A DNA stretch of 64,000 bases, taken from the NCBI GenBank assembly GCA_934699595.1, contig CAKUWT010000003.1:10130-74129 (forward strand). Direction: 5' to 3'. Below the pieces are notes generated by a model. The model was not told the DNA's origin. It saw only the letters and a program-made list of their open reading frames with translations, and made no database searches. Of the stretch, positions 31,801-39,655 are shown in pieces. The DNA comes from an uncultured Patescibacteria group bacterium (GTDB lineage: Bacteria; Patescibacteriota; Minisyncoccia; Phycocordibacterales; UBA918). The translations under genes were made by a program, and so were the position numbers. Every line of letters starts with the position of its first letter. Within the stretch, counting starts at the first letter, position 1.

Positions 31801-32650
31801 TATCTTTAATCGTGACATGTTCGGAAGGGGCGGTAGTACCATTAGTCCAGAACTGAATCATATCTGGATGAGAACCATCAGTCTCATGTCGATGCTGCCA
31901 ACTATGAAAATAATTCCCTTCAATTAAGGTGTCTGTAACCCTAACAAAATTAAAACCGTCTGAACGAATATCGTGAACTTCGTTATTGCGAACAGTCAAG
32001 TCAGTAACGTTACTGTAAACACCAGCACGGTACCAAGTTCGAAATTCATTATTTTCCAAGATTACATGGTCAGTATTACTTATCGATAAACCAATTGCTG
32101 CTCCACGTCCAAATCCCGCAGGAGAAACATCACCGCTGGCATTATCACCTTCAAAAAGAGAATTACGAAAAGTAATATTTTCAGACCTAATTGGGGCCCC
32201 ACCTAAATGTCCCGAATCAACTGAGAATGGCCTATCCTTAGTAAAATTTGGATCACCAGAAAAGGTATATTTAAAAATTAATCCATCAAAGGTCATGTTA
32301 GTTACTCCAGCCAACCCCACCTTGGTAAAACGGGCAGGATTATTCATATCGGCTGAAGTAACTGTTACTTCTCCAGGAAAACGTGAGTAACTCTCGCGAG
32401 CATTGTAAAGCCCTAAAGTGTAATCTCCCGGCTCTAAGGCAATGACATCACCCGGATTAGCAACCGCCAGAGCAGCCATTAATCCTGCATTACTATTAAC
32501 GGTCGTTGTCGCTCCTAAAACTTCACTGCCTAAAAAAGTCTTATAAAATAAACCACCTGCAGACAGGATAAAACCTAACATTAGTATTATCCCAACAATT
32601 TGGTAAATTGATTTTTGTGGGTTTTGTCGCAAAACAGTGACAGTGGACAT
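28874..32650 (-). CDS. large secreted/surface protein: N-terminal anchor, right-handed beta-helix (pectin-lyase fold), PKD domain, lectin/LamG-like region, >=6 tandem Ig-like repeats
   Basis: PbH1-like repeats (NNEVHDIRSDGFNF, NNLIFNGHSHGITM), PKD signature NYEWDFGDGTT..YEVTLTVTD, ~80-aa repeats ..TLSWS..TSC.ASGGWSG..TYTL.C.G.GG. ATG at 32648-32650; the track start at 32677 is a TTG. Confidence 0.8.
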   Translation of the reverse strand: MSTVTVLRQNPQKSIYQIVGIILMLGFILSAGGLFYKTFLGSEVLGATTTVNSNAGLMAALAVANPGDVIALEPGDYTLGLYNARESYSRFPGEVTVTSADMNNPARFTKVGLAGVTNMTFDGLIFKYTFSGDPNFTKDRPFSVDSGHLGGAPIRSENITFRNSLFEGDNASGDVSPAGFGRGAAIGLSISNTDHVILENNEFRTWYRAGVYSNVTDLTVRNNEVHDIRSDGFNFVRVTDTLIEGNYFHSWQHRHETDGSHPDMIQFWTNGTTAPSEHVTIKDNILYSGTGGHTQSIFMRNEVVDSYGGGHEMFYKDFTVINNLIFNGHSHGITMGEVDGLVIRDNTLLSNVGVDKPLSGEISRPAIYVATRSMNVLVENNIARSITSIPGDADNWVVDHNLLVQNSKYLSAGYYHDLFINAMTGAPVSDIPALQALPGGEAALGGYGANLTHFNDHPDELTAIVRVDRNSSAADTYHFTGQYTANSAGLVPDTGTNYEWDFGDGTTALGRDVTRQYPVAGTYEVTLTVTDSLGATSTAYGRAYVPESSRLDIRVSESGITDLSPYASNLPVTPTEFIDGKWAFRITATSTTVELNRGAVSQIYDLDNYTMVMDVKAANGSASAGNPFRMHSSTYFRIGSNLSHSFTNQEGVTYSVSAPGNNILDNNWHTIKVTYSSVAGELTLSLDGVLLATAPASGRTKPTESWDPAFGDPIGSEVGFDGYIGGFQVYDVSETEDEENPPLDPLDFPSITFTAASGTILKGQSTTLSWSSVNTTSCLATGGWSGARNLSGGPETVTPTETTAYTLECYGPGGDTFKEITITVTDPAPAAPLVSFSLTPSTIETGDSTTLSWNSTNTTSCTASGNWSGTKATTGTEIITPSTAGTYTYTLACTGTDGTDTKSVTLTVSDPDPGTPDPDPTVSLIATPSTITNGDTTTLTWSTNNVVTSCSAPWTSHTTKSGTQVVSPTATTNYTITCTDGVKTATANATVTVNEVPVDPEPAIIFTATPGTITNGSVATLSWSTADATSCTASGGWSGAKSLHGSQSVSPSTNEMYSLTCTGPGGTTIQSVSVTVNPANTPVITLSATSAQVSFGESTLLSWSTADATSCTASGGWSGAKSLSGTQSVTPATTTNYTLTCAGLGGGASQTVTVTVNPLTPDNPDTETEVSAVPDNSEPAPKKKISTMSVLSRVNILRSNGNAAEVARLEAKFPDLFKKTVTAPATPTTQITVTEENKTLVQELITVLQAFLGLLRGR
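29284..29350. repeat. 67-bp perfect direct repeat inside the surface-protein gene (second copy 29525..29591), encoding Ig-like repeat units
   Basis: actcttggcaccagaccagccgccagaagcggtacaactggtggcgtcagcagtgctccaggataag occurs twice exactly, 241 bp apart; more diverged copies lie near 30045 and 30290. Confidence 0.85.
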
Positions 32651-32824
32651 GAAAATGAGGGAAATAGATTTTAGCAATAAGTCCTAGACCCAGTAACATT
32701 TTGGTGTCTATTACCTACAATGTTAACAATCCTGTTGATAAAAACTGGAGACACGGTGGATAACTCTACTTGACGAGATAGTTCAACAACACTTGGCTAC
32801 CTTAGCGAGCTTCATTAAAAAATA

Positions 32825-32833
32825 TGCTAAGAT
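32825..32833 (+). promoter_or_regulatory. extended -10 promoter (TGcTAAGAT) for tRNA-Ser
   Basis: Same TGCTAAGAT element as upstream of tRNA-Glu, 18 nt before the tRNA start. Confidence 0.4.
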
Positions 32834-32851
32834 GATAGCGATCGATAATCC

Positions 32852-32938
32852 GGAAGCGTGGCCGAGCGGCTGAAGGCGCTACCTTGGAAAGGTAGTATGT
32901 GGGTAACTGCATCGTGGGTTCGAATCCCACCGCTTCCG
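32852..32938 (+). tRNA. tRNA-Ser (anticodon GGA), long variable arm
   Basis: Acceptor ggaagcg/cgcttcc, anticodon stem ctacc/ggtag with loop ttGGAaa, long variable arm, T-arm gtgggTTCGAATcccac. Confidence 0.85.
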
Positions 32939-32940
32939 CA

Positions 32941-33133
32941 GTTGGTAACTAACTGCAATTAAGTTATAAAGTATTATCGAGGAAGCTAAACCTTGTTTGA
33001 GCAGAGACTGTTTGGGGAACACTTTCTGAGGATTCGAAAAGCTTTTGCGACGGATTAGGAGTGGCGACAGCCCGAACTAATCCGTCCAAAAGGTGTACTG
33101 AACCTGTAAGGTTCGAATCCCACCGCTTCCGCA
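32941..33133 (+). repeat. tRNA-3'-end-terminated structured element, copy Ser-A (~193 nt), ends with a 24-nt copy of the tRNA-Ser 3' end
   Basis: 3' end ggttcgaatcccaccgcttccgca matches the tRNA-Ser 3' end. Core has degraded hairpin 1 (33003-33029), GAGGATTCGAAAAG (33029-33042) and hairpin 2 ggattag/ctaatcc (33052-33083). Confidence 0.7.
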
Positions 33134-33324
33134 TACTACTTAATAAATATTATTAAGTAACTTAATACTAAAGAGCAAACCAAGCTCTGTTTGGGCAGAA
33201 ACAGTGTGAAGACACTGTTTCTGAGGATTCGAAAAGGTTGCCAGCTATTTTGCGAAGTGGTAGCGAGTAAAAATAGCGACAACCTGTACCAAACTCGTAG
33301 AGTTCGAATCCCACCGCTTCCGCA
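33134..33324 (+). repeat. same element, copy Ser-B (~191 nt), tandem to Ser-A, ends with a 23-nt copy of the tRNA-Ser 3' end
   Basis: Hairpin 1 cagaaacagtg tgaaga cactgtttctg (33196-33223), AGGATTCGAAAAG, hairpin 2 ctatttt/aaaatag (33245-33276), 3' gttcgaatcccaccgcttccgca. Confidence 0.7.
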
Positions 33325-33350
33325 TACTCAACATTTATTTAATAAGAAAA

Positions 33351-33378
33351 GGGAGCACAGTAGATGTGCCCCCTTTTA
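33351..33378 (+). terminator. GC hairpin + T-run (gggagcacag tagat gtgccccc tttt) closing the tRNA-Ser/element array
   Basis: Imperfect 9-bp stem followed by tttt, seen in sequence. Confidence 0.45.
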
Positions 33379-33409
33379 TGGATTATTTCTGTTACTGCCA
33401 CTACCTTCC

Positions 33410-33808
33410 TCACATAACCAAAGTCGGTGAAAAAAGAGCTTCCAGCAGGTTATCCTCTCCCAGGACATAAGCCCCTTCAATTCCTCGTACTCCCCACAGA
33501 TCATAGATAGAGGTCTTAAATGCAACCAGACTCTCTCTTGACTCTAAGTACACCTCCAGTGGGACAACTCCCCGCTGAGTCCTTCTTACAAACGTCATTG
33601 ACCAGTATTCACGGACATAGTTATACCAAACCATAGCGTCGAGTCGCATCTCCCCCACGTTAAAATACACAAGCGCACTACTCAGACCTGCTGTCAGAGG
33701 ATGATCATTGTCTCGAAAGATCTCCACCAATCTCTCAAGTGATACTGATGATCTTTCCACCCCTACCTCCCATTTTTCTAAGAGACCTCCTCCTCTAGAA
33801 TAAGTCAA
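33410..33808 (-). CDS. hypothetical protein
   Basis: 132-aa ORF, no motif recognised. Confidence 0.35.
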   Translation of the reverse strand: MTYSRGGGLLEKWEVGVERSSVSLERLVEIFRDNDHPLTAGLSSALVYFNVGEMRLDAMVWYNYVREYWSMTFVRRTQRGVVPLEVYLESRESLVAFKTSIYDLWGVRGIEGAYVLGEDNLLEALFSPTLVM

Positions 33809-33927
33809 CTGTCCCTATTTAGCAACCCAGATCCTAACACATATCAACTTCTATATTGACAAAATGATAGATAAAACGTATAACTGCAGGCAGACTTCTT
33901 TGTACCAGACTTATCTTGGAGGAATAA

Positions 33928-34194
33928 ATGAACGCTCGGTTCACCCCCGAATGGGCGGGTCACGTGCTTCAACTAGCCAATAGTGACGCCTGGCACGAAC
34001 CCGCCATCAAAACCCGCGCCAGCCTGAAACTGGCCGTCGATGCTTTGCGCCAGCAACGGGCAAACTTCTGGGAACTGCCCCCAGAGAAACTGAGCGAGCT
34101 GCTCAGACAAGGCTATAATGCCCGTCTGCGGCGACTCCTTAACCGCCATGACGACCTGGCAATCGCCTTCGCGATCCGCCGAGCAAGAATGTGA
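33928..34194 (+). CDS. small GC-rich (~60% GC) orphan ORF, Arg-rich helical protein
   Basis: 88-aa ORF whose GC content is far above the surrounding DNA; followed by a strong terminator. Confidence 0.45.
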   Translation: MNARFTPEWAGHVLQLANSDAWHEPAIKTRASLKLAVDALRQQRANFWELPPEKLSELLRQGYNARLRRLLNRHDDLAIAFAIRRARM

Positions 34195-34218
34195 ACCACT
34201 ACTGCACTCACAATCCGC

Positions 34219-34262
34219 AAGCCACCGTTAAGCCGCCTCAGGCTTCTCGGTGGCTTTTTTAT
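34219..34262 (+). terminator. rho-independent terminator (aagccaccg..cggtggctt + tttttt)
   Basis: Perfect 9-bp outer stem with a nested inner hairpin, followed by a T-run. Confidence 0.6.
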
Positions 34263-34358
34263 TCTTCGCCCATACGTATTGCCTAAGAAGTTAGAATTTA
34301 AATAATAAGGTTGGGTATTAGACTTATTAGGCCAGATATTAGGCTATAATAGTAAGCA

Positions 34359-35315
34359 ATGAGTATGGAAAAATTCAATCATAGTTATCAGCCAGAAACC
34401 CCTCTAAATCTTGAGGTGACAGATTATGAAGACGAGCCTTTTTACCCACTATTACAAAAACTACCCAGGTCTCTGGCCCTAAAACATATTGCTCATATTG
34501 AGAATAATAGTCTCAGTGAAGATGAAACTATTATCTATTTAGAGAAGATACTGGCTAGTCGTCACGAAGCGACGACCAGCTCAGAAATTAGCGACGTTAA
34601 TTTACAGGAGATATTCAAAAATAACCCTGAACTATTAGCTGAGGTAATTAACTCCCTAGAAACTAGTGTTTTTAACAATCCCGATAATTACCTTGGTACT
34701 GGCATGACAGCCAAAGTTAAACATTACAATTTAACTGACCCTGAGAATACCACTACCATTCCTATGGCAATTAAATATGTAATCACCCCTACAGCAAAGA
34801 CTCTGACCGCCGAACAAGAACATGACGTTATCAAAGAGGTTGAGAGAATGAAAACTATTGAAGATGCTCAACTAAAAAACCCACGTCGTTCTAGGTATTT
34901 ACGCGTACCACATCCATATCTACACCACTCCAATGAGAAGTTGCAACTTTACAGTATGGAGCATATTGATGGAGCAAATCTTTACCAACTTACCAACGGC
35001 GGTTTGACTCAAGAATTCAAACAGACCCTCCGCGAATCTCGCTTGGCCGAGGTTAGCATGGAAGAAATGGATGGCTATGTAGAACGTTTTTTTACCACCA
35101 TGCACGAGTATTGTCTTCACGGCGATATAAAACCAGCCAACCTCATGGTAAATAGTGATGGTGTCCTATACGTAATTGACTTTGGGCAGTCAATTTCACC
35201 CCAGAATATTCCCAAGGGAGCTGAAGAGCAGTTTGAAAATCTTAAAGAAGATGAAATTAAGGAAGCTAAATTATGTATCCGACGCTTACTGCGGCTGGTT
35301 TTTAGCGATGACTAA
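34359..35315 (+). CDS. eukaryotic-like Ser/Thr protein-kinase-fold protein
   Basis: G-loop LGTGMTAKV, lysine region MAIKYV, catalytic loop HGDIKPANLMV, DFGQS. Confidence 0.6.
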   Translation: MSMEKFNHSYQPETPLNLEVTDYEDEPFYPLLQKLPRSLALKHIAHIENNSLSEDETIIYLEKILASRHEATTSSEISDVNLQEIFKNNPELLAEVINSLETSVFNNPDNYLGTGMTAKVKHYNLTDPENTTTIPMAIKYVITPTAKTLTAEQEHDVIKEVERMKTIEDAQLKNPRRSRYLRVPHPYLHHSNEKLQLYSMEHIDGANLYQLTNGGLTQEFKQTLRESRLAEVSMEEMDGYVERFFTTMHEYCLHGDIKPANLMVNSDGVLYVIDFGQSISPQNIPKGAEEQFENLKEDEIKEAKLCIRRLLRLVFSDD

Positions 35316-35361
35316 CATTGGCTTTTAGAGTAAAGTTTTGTATACTACCCATATAAAATCC

Positions 35362-35437
35362 GACCGATTAGCTCAGCTGGTAGAGCGCTACATTGACATT
35401 GTAGAGGTCACAAGTTCAAGTCTTGTATCGGTCACCA
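35362..35437 (+). tRNA. tRNA-Val (anticodon GAC), CCA encoded
   Basis: Acceptor gaccgat/atcggtc, anticodon stem ctaca/tgtag with loop ttGACat, T-arm acaagTTCAAGTcttgt, 3' acca. Confidence 0.9.
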
Positions 35438-35481
35438 CCATTCCACTTTTTTCATTTTTGATAAAGTGCGAAGTATAAAGT

Positions 35482-36087
35482 ATGGAGCAACAGAGAAAAA
35501 TTGGCGTGGGTCCACACCCAAAACCTTGGCCTGAGGATGAGCATTTTGACACTGAATTACTTGAGCACGGAGACACACGTAACGTGTTAGACAAATACCG
35601 CTACTGGAGTAATGCCGCCATCAAAGCTGACCTGGCTCACACCACTACGATGCTCCATATTGCCATTGAAAACTGGCAACACGATTTTAATATCGGCACC
35701 ATTGTCCGAAGCGCCAACGCTTTCAATGTGGAAACTATTCATATCATTGGCCGGAGAAAGTGGAATCGCCGTGGCGCCATGGTGACCGACAAATATGTCA
35801 GCATCGTCTATCATGATTCAGTTGCTGATTTTGTTGACAGTGTACCTGATCGACAATTAATTGCTCTTGATATTGTTTCTGGTGCAACCCCATTGTCTGA
35901 AACCCCTTTACCAAAACGAGCAGTACTGATTTTTGGAGGCGAAGGTCCAGGACTCTCTGCAGAAATGCTCGCAGCCATTGATGATCTGATTTACATTGAG
36001 CAATTTGGCAGTACTCGCTCCATCAATATTGGAGTGGCGGCTGGCATCGCCATGTACGTCTGGGTGCAACAACATGTCCTTAGGTAA
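35482..36087 (+). CDS. SpoU/TrmH-family RNA 2'-O-methyltransferase
   Basis: NIGTIVRSANAF motif and C-terminal IGVAAGIAMY (SPOUT knot region). Confidence 0.75.
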   Translation: MEQQRKIGVGPHPKPWPEDEHFDTELLEHGDTRNVLDKYRYWSNAAIKADLAHTTTMLHIAIENWQHDFNIGTIVRSANAFNVETIHIIGRRKWNRRGAMVTDKYVSIVYHDSVADFVDSVPDRQLIALDIVSGATPLSETPLPKRAVLIFGGEGPGLSAEMLAAIDDLIYIEQFGSTRSINIGVAAGIAMYVWVQQHVLR

Positions 36088-36209
36088 TTAGGCCTCACCA
36101 CGATCGCCACTCTAACGTCTTTACTTTTCTAATATTTGTGACATTATAGGCAAGGAAGCGTTTTTATAGCGCTAATTACAAATTACATTGAATTTTGAAG
36201 GAGAAAACC

Positions 36210-36782
36210 ATGCCTGCTTTAAAAATCGGTATCGATTTTGACGGCGTCCTGGCGGATGTTAATCGTCTACAAAGCCAAATCGCCCATGATTTATATGGAG
36301 CAACAATTCCCCCCAGTGCCTTTCGGCGGGAAAACCGAAGGAGTATCCGAGTCCTGTCTCCAGAACGACTGACTAAGGTACTGAACCAGTCTTATCGCAA
36401 TCCTTTCTATACCCGTCAACTAAGACCCGTACCTGGAGCAATTGAGGGTTTGGAAAATTTGCAAGCAAGCGGTCACCAAGTGAAGATTATTTCTTCTCGC
36501 TACGCTTCAGCGGCACTGGCGGAGGAGTGGCTGAATCATTACTACCGCGCAGGTGTGCGCTTTGTGCCCACCGGCTATCGCCAGGATAAGTCCCAAGCTT
36601 CTCGAGGGCTTGATGTCTTTCTAGACGATGATTTATACAAACTGAAACCGCTGCAGGATGTCGTCCCGCATCGTTTTCTGTTTTCATCAAATAATTCTAC
36701 TGCCAATTTGTCACCCACAGTTACTCGGATCGGTTCTTGGTCAGAGTTCCTGGCGGCCGTAAGCAGAATTCACCAAAAGTAG
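36210..36782 (+). CDS. HAD-like hydrolase (5'(3')-nucleotidase-like)
   Basis: IGIDFDGVLAD motif I; ATG at 36210 after GAAGGAG. The track start is an upstream TTG. Confidence 0.45.
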   Translation: MPALKIGIDFDGVLADVNRLQSQIAHDLYGATIPPSAFRRENRRSIRVLSPERLTKVLNQSYRNPFYTRQLRPVPGAIEGLENLQASGHQVKIISSRYASAALAEEWLNHYYRAGVRFVPTGYRQDKSQASRGLDVFLDDDLYKLKPLQDVVPHRFLFSSNNSTANLSPTVTRIGSWSEFLAAVSRIHQK

Positions 36783-36861
36783 TATGGTGCTCGGGCGGGC
36801 GGAAAATTTATTTTCCGCCCGCTTTTTCTTTTTTCTTTGCTAATCTACTTAGCCTAAGTTA

Positions 36862-37461
36862 CTAATCGTTCAGATGTTTTTTCACCTCTCGACGTAAAGC
36901 TGGCACCACTTGCTTCTCAAACCACGGATTCCTCCCTAGCCAACGAAAGTTCAGCGGCGACGGATGCACTATTGGAAAAAAATCAGGTAAGAAGTCACGA
37001 TAATGATAGACGTTCTCGGTCAGATTTTTTCGCCGCACTTCTTTACTCAAGTAGTGATCTTGTGCGTACTTTCCAACCAGAACAATCAGTTTGGTATCTG
37101 GCATCTCTGCCAGAATTGGTGTGTGCCACTGCTCGGCAAATCCTTTCCGCGGTGGCAAATCTCCCCCCTTCTCGTTTTTGCCCGGATAGTAGAAATCCAT
37201 CGGTAATAGAGAGACGATTCTATCATCACGCAGTTCCTCATAAGTAATTCCCAGCCAATCAATTAGTCTTTCCCCACTCTTATCTTCCCAGACCTTATTA
37301 ATTTCCTGCGCTCGAATACCAGGCGCCTGCCCAATCACGACAATCTTGGCCGTCTTGGAGCAACTGAACAGCGGTTCCCAACCCTTTCTAGTAAAGGCTT
37401 GGTTATCAGCATGAGTCATAATTTTAGTACGCCACTTTTGGTACAGAGAACTCTTTTTCAT
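36862..37461 (-). CDS. uracil-DNA glycosylase superfamily protein (family 4/5-like)
   Basis: VVIGQAPG (motif A) and HPSPLN (motif B); ATG at 37459-37461 (MKKSSLYQ...). Confidence 0.65.
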   Translation of the reverse strand: MKKSSLYQKWRTKIMTHADNQAFTRKGWEPLFSCSKTAKIVVIGQAPGIRAQEINKVWEDKSGERLIDWLGITYEELRDDRIVSLLPMDFYYPGKNEKGGDLPPRKGFAEQWHTPILAEMPDTKLIVLVGKYAQDHYLSKEVRRKNLTENVYHYRDFLPDFFPIVHPSPLNFRWLGRNPWFEKQVVPALRREVKKHLND

Positions 37462-37542
37462 ACTTAGCAGTATACACCCAGAAGCAGTTCTCGGCACAAT
37501 CTTAAAAGTAAGGTACACTAAACGGTAAACAATATATTGCTT

Positions 37543-38424
37543 ATGACTGAAATAAACCCTACTCAACTCAAAGACATCATCGTCATTTATCACGGCAACT
37601 GCTATGACGGCTTTGGTGCTGCCTATGCAGCTTGGAAAAAGTTTGGTGATGAGGCGAGTTACTTCCCTTCAGGTAAACGAGACGAAGCTCCAGAAGGGCT
37701 TACAAATAAAGAAGTTTACATTCTCGACTATAGCTATCCGTTTGAAGTATTAAAACAGCTAACCGAGGACAACAAATCCGTAGTCGTGATTGACCATCAT
37801 ATCTCCGCCAAGGAAACTGTCGAGTCATTCCCGCAAAATATTTTTAATAACGACCATTCCGGTGCGGTACTCGCCTGGCAGTATTTTCATCCAGACGAAC
37901 CAGTTCCAGAGATACTACTTTACATCGAGGATCACGATTTATGGAGAATGTCACTTCCTGATCATCTAGAATTTAATGCCGCCTTACACCTTAGCCCACT
38001 TCGCTTTACGGATTGGGATAATGTGAGCCAGGAGTTAACTGATCCTGAACGTCGTGAAGCATTCATTAGGACTGGAAAAATCATTACTTATTTTGAAGAT
38101 ACATTAATTAATCAGATGTTGGCCTTTAGGGAGAAAGTACTTTTTGCCGGTAAAGAGCTATATGCAATCAATACAGACCGTCTCTACCGCTCTATAATCG
38201 GCAATAAACTAGCTGAGCTAAATCAGCATGAAGGCCTTGAGGCCATTGGTATCGTTTACTACCGATTAAATGGTGCGATCCATGTCTCATTACGAAGTAT
38301 TGGCGACACTGATGTGGCCGCCATCGCTCAAAAATACGGTGGCGGTGGACATAAAAACGCAGCCGCTTTCCGCGTCGCTAGCTTCGCTGACTTACCATTT
38401 GAGTTTTTAAACTCCACAATTTAA
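37543..38424 (+). CDS. DHH-family phosphoesterase (NrnA-like oligoribonuclease/pAp phosphatase)
   Basis: VIDHHIS (DHH motif) and GGGGHKNAAAF (DHHA1). Confidence 0.7.
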   Translation: MTEINPTQLKDIIVIYHGNCYDGFGAAYAAWKKFGDEASYFPSGKRDEAPEGLTNKEVYILDYSYPFEVLKQLTEDNKSVVVIDHHISAKETVESFPQNIFNNDHSGAVLAWQYFHPDEPVPEILLYIEDHDLWRMSLPDHLEFNAALHLSPLRFTDWDNVSQELTDPERREAFIRTGKIITYFEDTLINQMLAFREKVLFAGKELYAINTDRLYRSIIGNKLAELNQHEGLEAIGIVYYRLNGAIHVSLRSIGDTDVAAIAQKYGGGGHKNAAAFRVASFADLPFEFLNSTI

Positions 38425-38476
38425 CTCTAGAGCCCGTTTCCATCTTTTTTTATCTCCTTAAATCTGCTATAACCAA

Positions 38477-39655
38477 GTGATGCTGATTCTCGCCATTGAA
38501 ACAAGTTGTGATGAAACTGGCATTAGTCTAGTACAAGCGACTGGAGATTTTCCGGAGGCCACTTACGAGATTCTCGGCCATGGACTTGCTTCACAAATCG
38601 CTCTGCATCAAGAATACGGCGGCGTCTATCCGAACTTAGCCAAACGTGAACACGCCAAAGCCTTGGTGCCCATGCTGCAAGCTGCTCTCCAAGAAGCGGA
38701 CTTACTCATTCCTGGACAAACTACTCTGGACGAAGCGACCAAGAGTGCACTTAGTGACAATCTCGCCCGTGAAGTTGGCCTGGCTGATGCCTTATTCACT
38801 TTTTTAGACAAATACGAATTACCGGAAATCGATCTGATCGCTGTCACCAACGGACCAGGATTGGAACCAGCCTTATGGGTAGGGGTAAGTTTTGCCAAAG
38901 CCTTAGCCACTCTTGTCAAAGCACCAGTAGTGCCGACCAATCACATGGCTGGACATATTCTTGCCAGTATTTATGATCACGAACGTGATGACCAGCTGAC
39001 AAACATCAGTTTCCCTACTCTCGCCCTCTTAATTTCTGGCGGACATACCGAGCTAGTCCTCATGCCAAACTGGGGACAGTACCAAAAAATTGGCCAGACC
39101 CGAGACGACGCCGTTGGTGAAGCTTTTGATAAAGTGGCCCGGCTTTTAGGATTACCTTATCCAGGTGGACCAGAGATTAGCCGCTTAGCCGCCACTGCTC
39201 GTAAGCAAAACTTACCCGCTTTTAGCGGCAAACCGCTTCCTCGACCAATGCTCCGCTCAGGAGACCTGGACTTCTCTTTTTCTGGTTTAAAAACGGCAGT
39301 GCTTTATGCCACCAAAGATCGAGTTTTGTCTGACAATGATAGAGCTGCTTTGGCTCGAGATTTTGAGGATGCGGTCGTTGAAGTATTGCTTAGCAAGGTG
39401 CGCCAGGCTTTGCAACAAACTGGTGCCAAGACCCTCATTGTGGGCGGTGGTGTTAGTGCCAATACTCACCTTAAACGCACTCTCACTGCCGAGTTACTTA
39501 CAGACTTTCCTGAAGTGGAGGTTTATTTCCCTTCCAAAAACCTGGCGACTGATAATGCCGTCATGATTGCGCTCGCTGGCCACGCAGGTGCAGCCAACGC
39601 CCGCACCGCCGGTAGTATCGACCTCATCCGTGCGGAAGGTAATCGTTCGCTGTAA
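38477..39655 (+). CDS. tsaD: tRNA N6-adenosine threonylcarbamoyltransferase
   Basis: LAIETSCDETGISLV start; the HMAGH and GGGVSAN motifs are typical of Kae1/TsaD. Confidence 0.9.
   Translation: MMLILAIETSCDETGISLVQATGDFPEATYEILGHGLASQIALHQEYGGVYPNLAKREHAKALVPMLQAALQEADLLIPGQTTLDEATKSALSDNLAREVGLADALFTFLDKYELPEIDLIAVTNGPGLEPALWVGVSFAKALATLVKAPVVPTNHMAGHILASIYDHERDDQLTNISFPTLALLISGGHTELVLMPNWGQYQKIGQTRDDAVGEAFDKVARLLGLPYPGGPEISRLAATARKQNLPAFSGKPLPRPMLRSGDLDFSFSGLKTAVLYATKDRVLSDNDRAALARDFEDAVVEVLLSKVRQALQQTGAKTLIVGGGVSANTHLKRTLTAELLTDFPEVEVYFPSKNLATDNAVMIALAGHAGAANARTAGSIDLIRAEGNRSL

Noticed and set aside
33000-33060. Hammerhead ribozyme core (CUGAnGA ... GAAA) inside the conserved element box
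   Set aside because: Only 3 nt separate CTGAGGA from GAAA, so stem II cannot form, and no GUC/UH cleavage-site helix is evident.
32941-33324. tmRNA (ssrA) or two-piece tmRNA explanation for the tRNA-Ser-adjacent units, because of the TTCTGAGGATTCGA box resembling the tmRNA 5' GAUUCUGGAUUCGAC and the tRNA-like 3' end
   Set aside because: The units are only ~190 nt and occur in at least 4 copies. No 5' segment can pair with the 3' acceptor-like strand (ggaagcg would be needed and is absent). No tag-peptide reading frame or resume codon is evident, and the 3' ends match different tRNAs (Ser, Arg, Gln).
32941-33324. CRISPR array or generic tandem repeat
   Set aside because: Only two tandem units, each ~190 nt with internal hairpins; no short regular repeat/spacer periodicity and no cas genes nearby.
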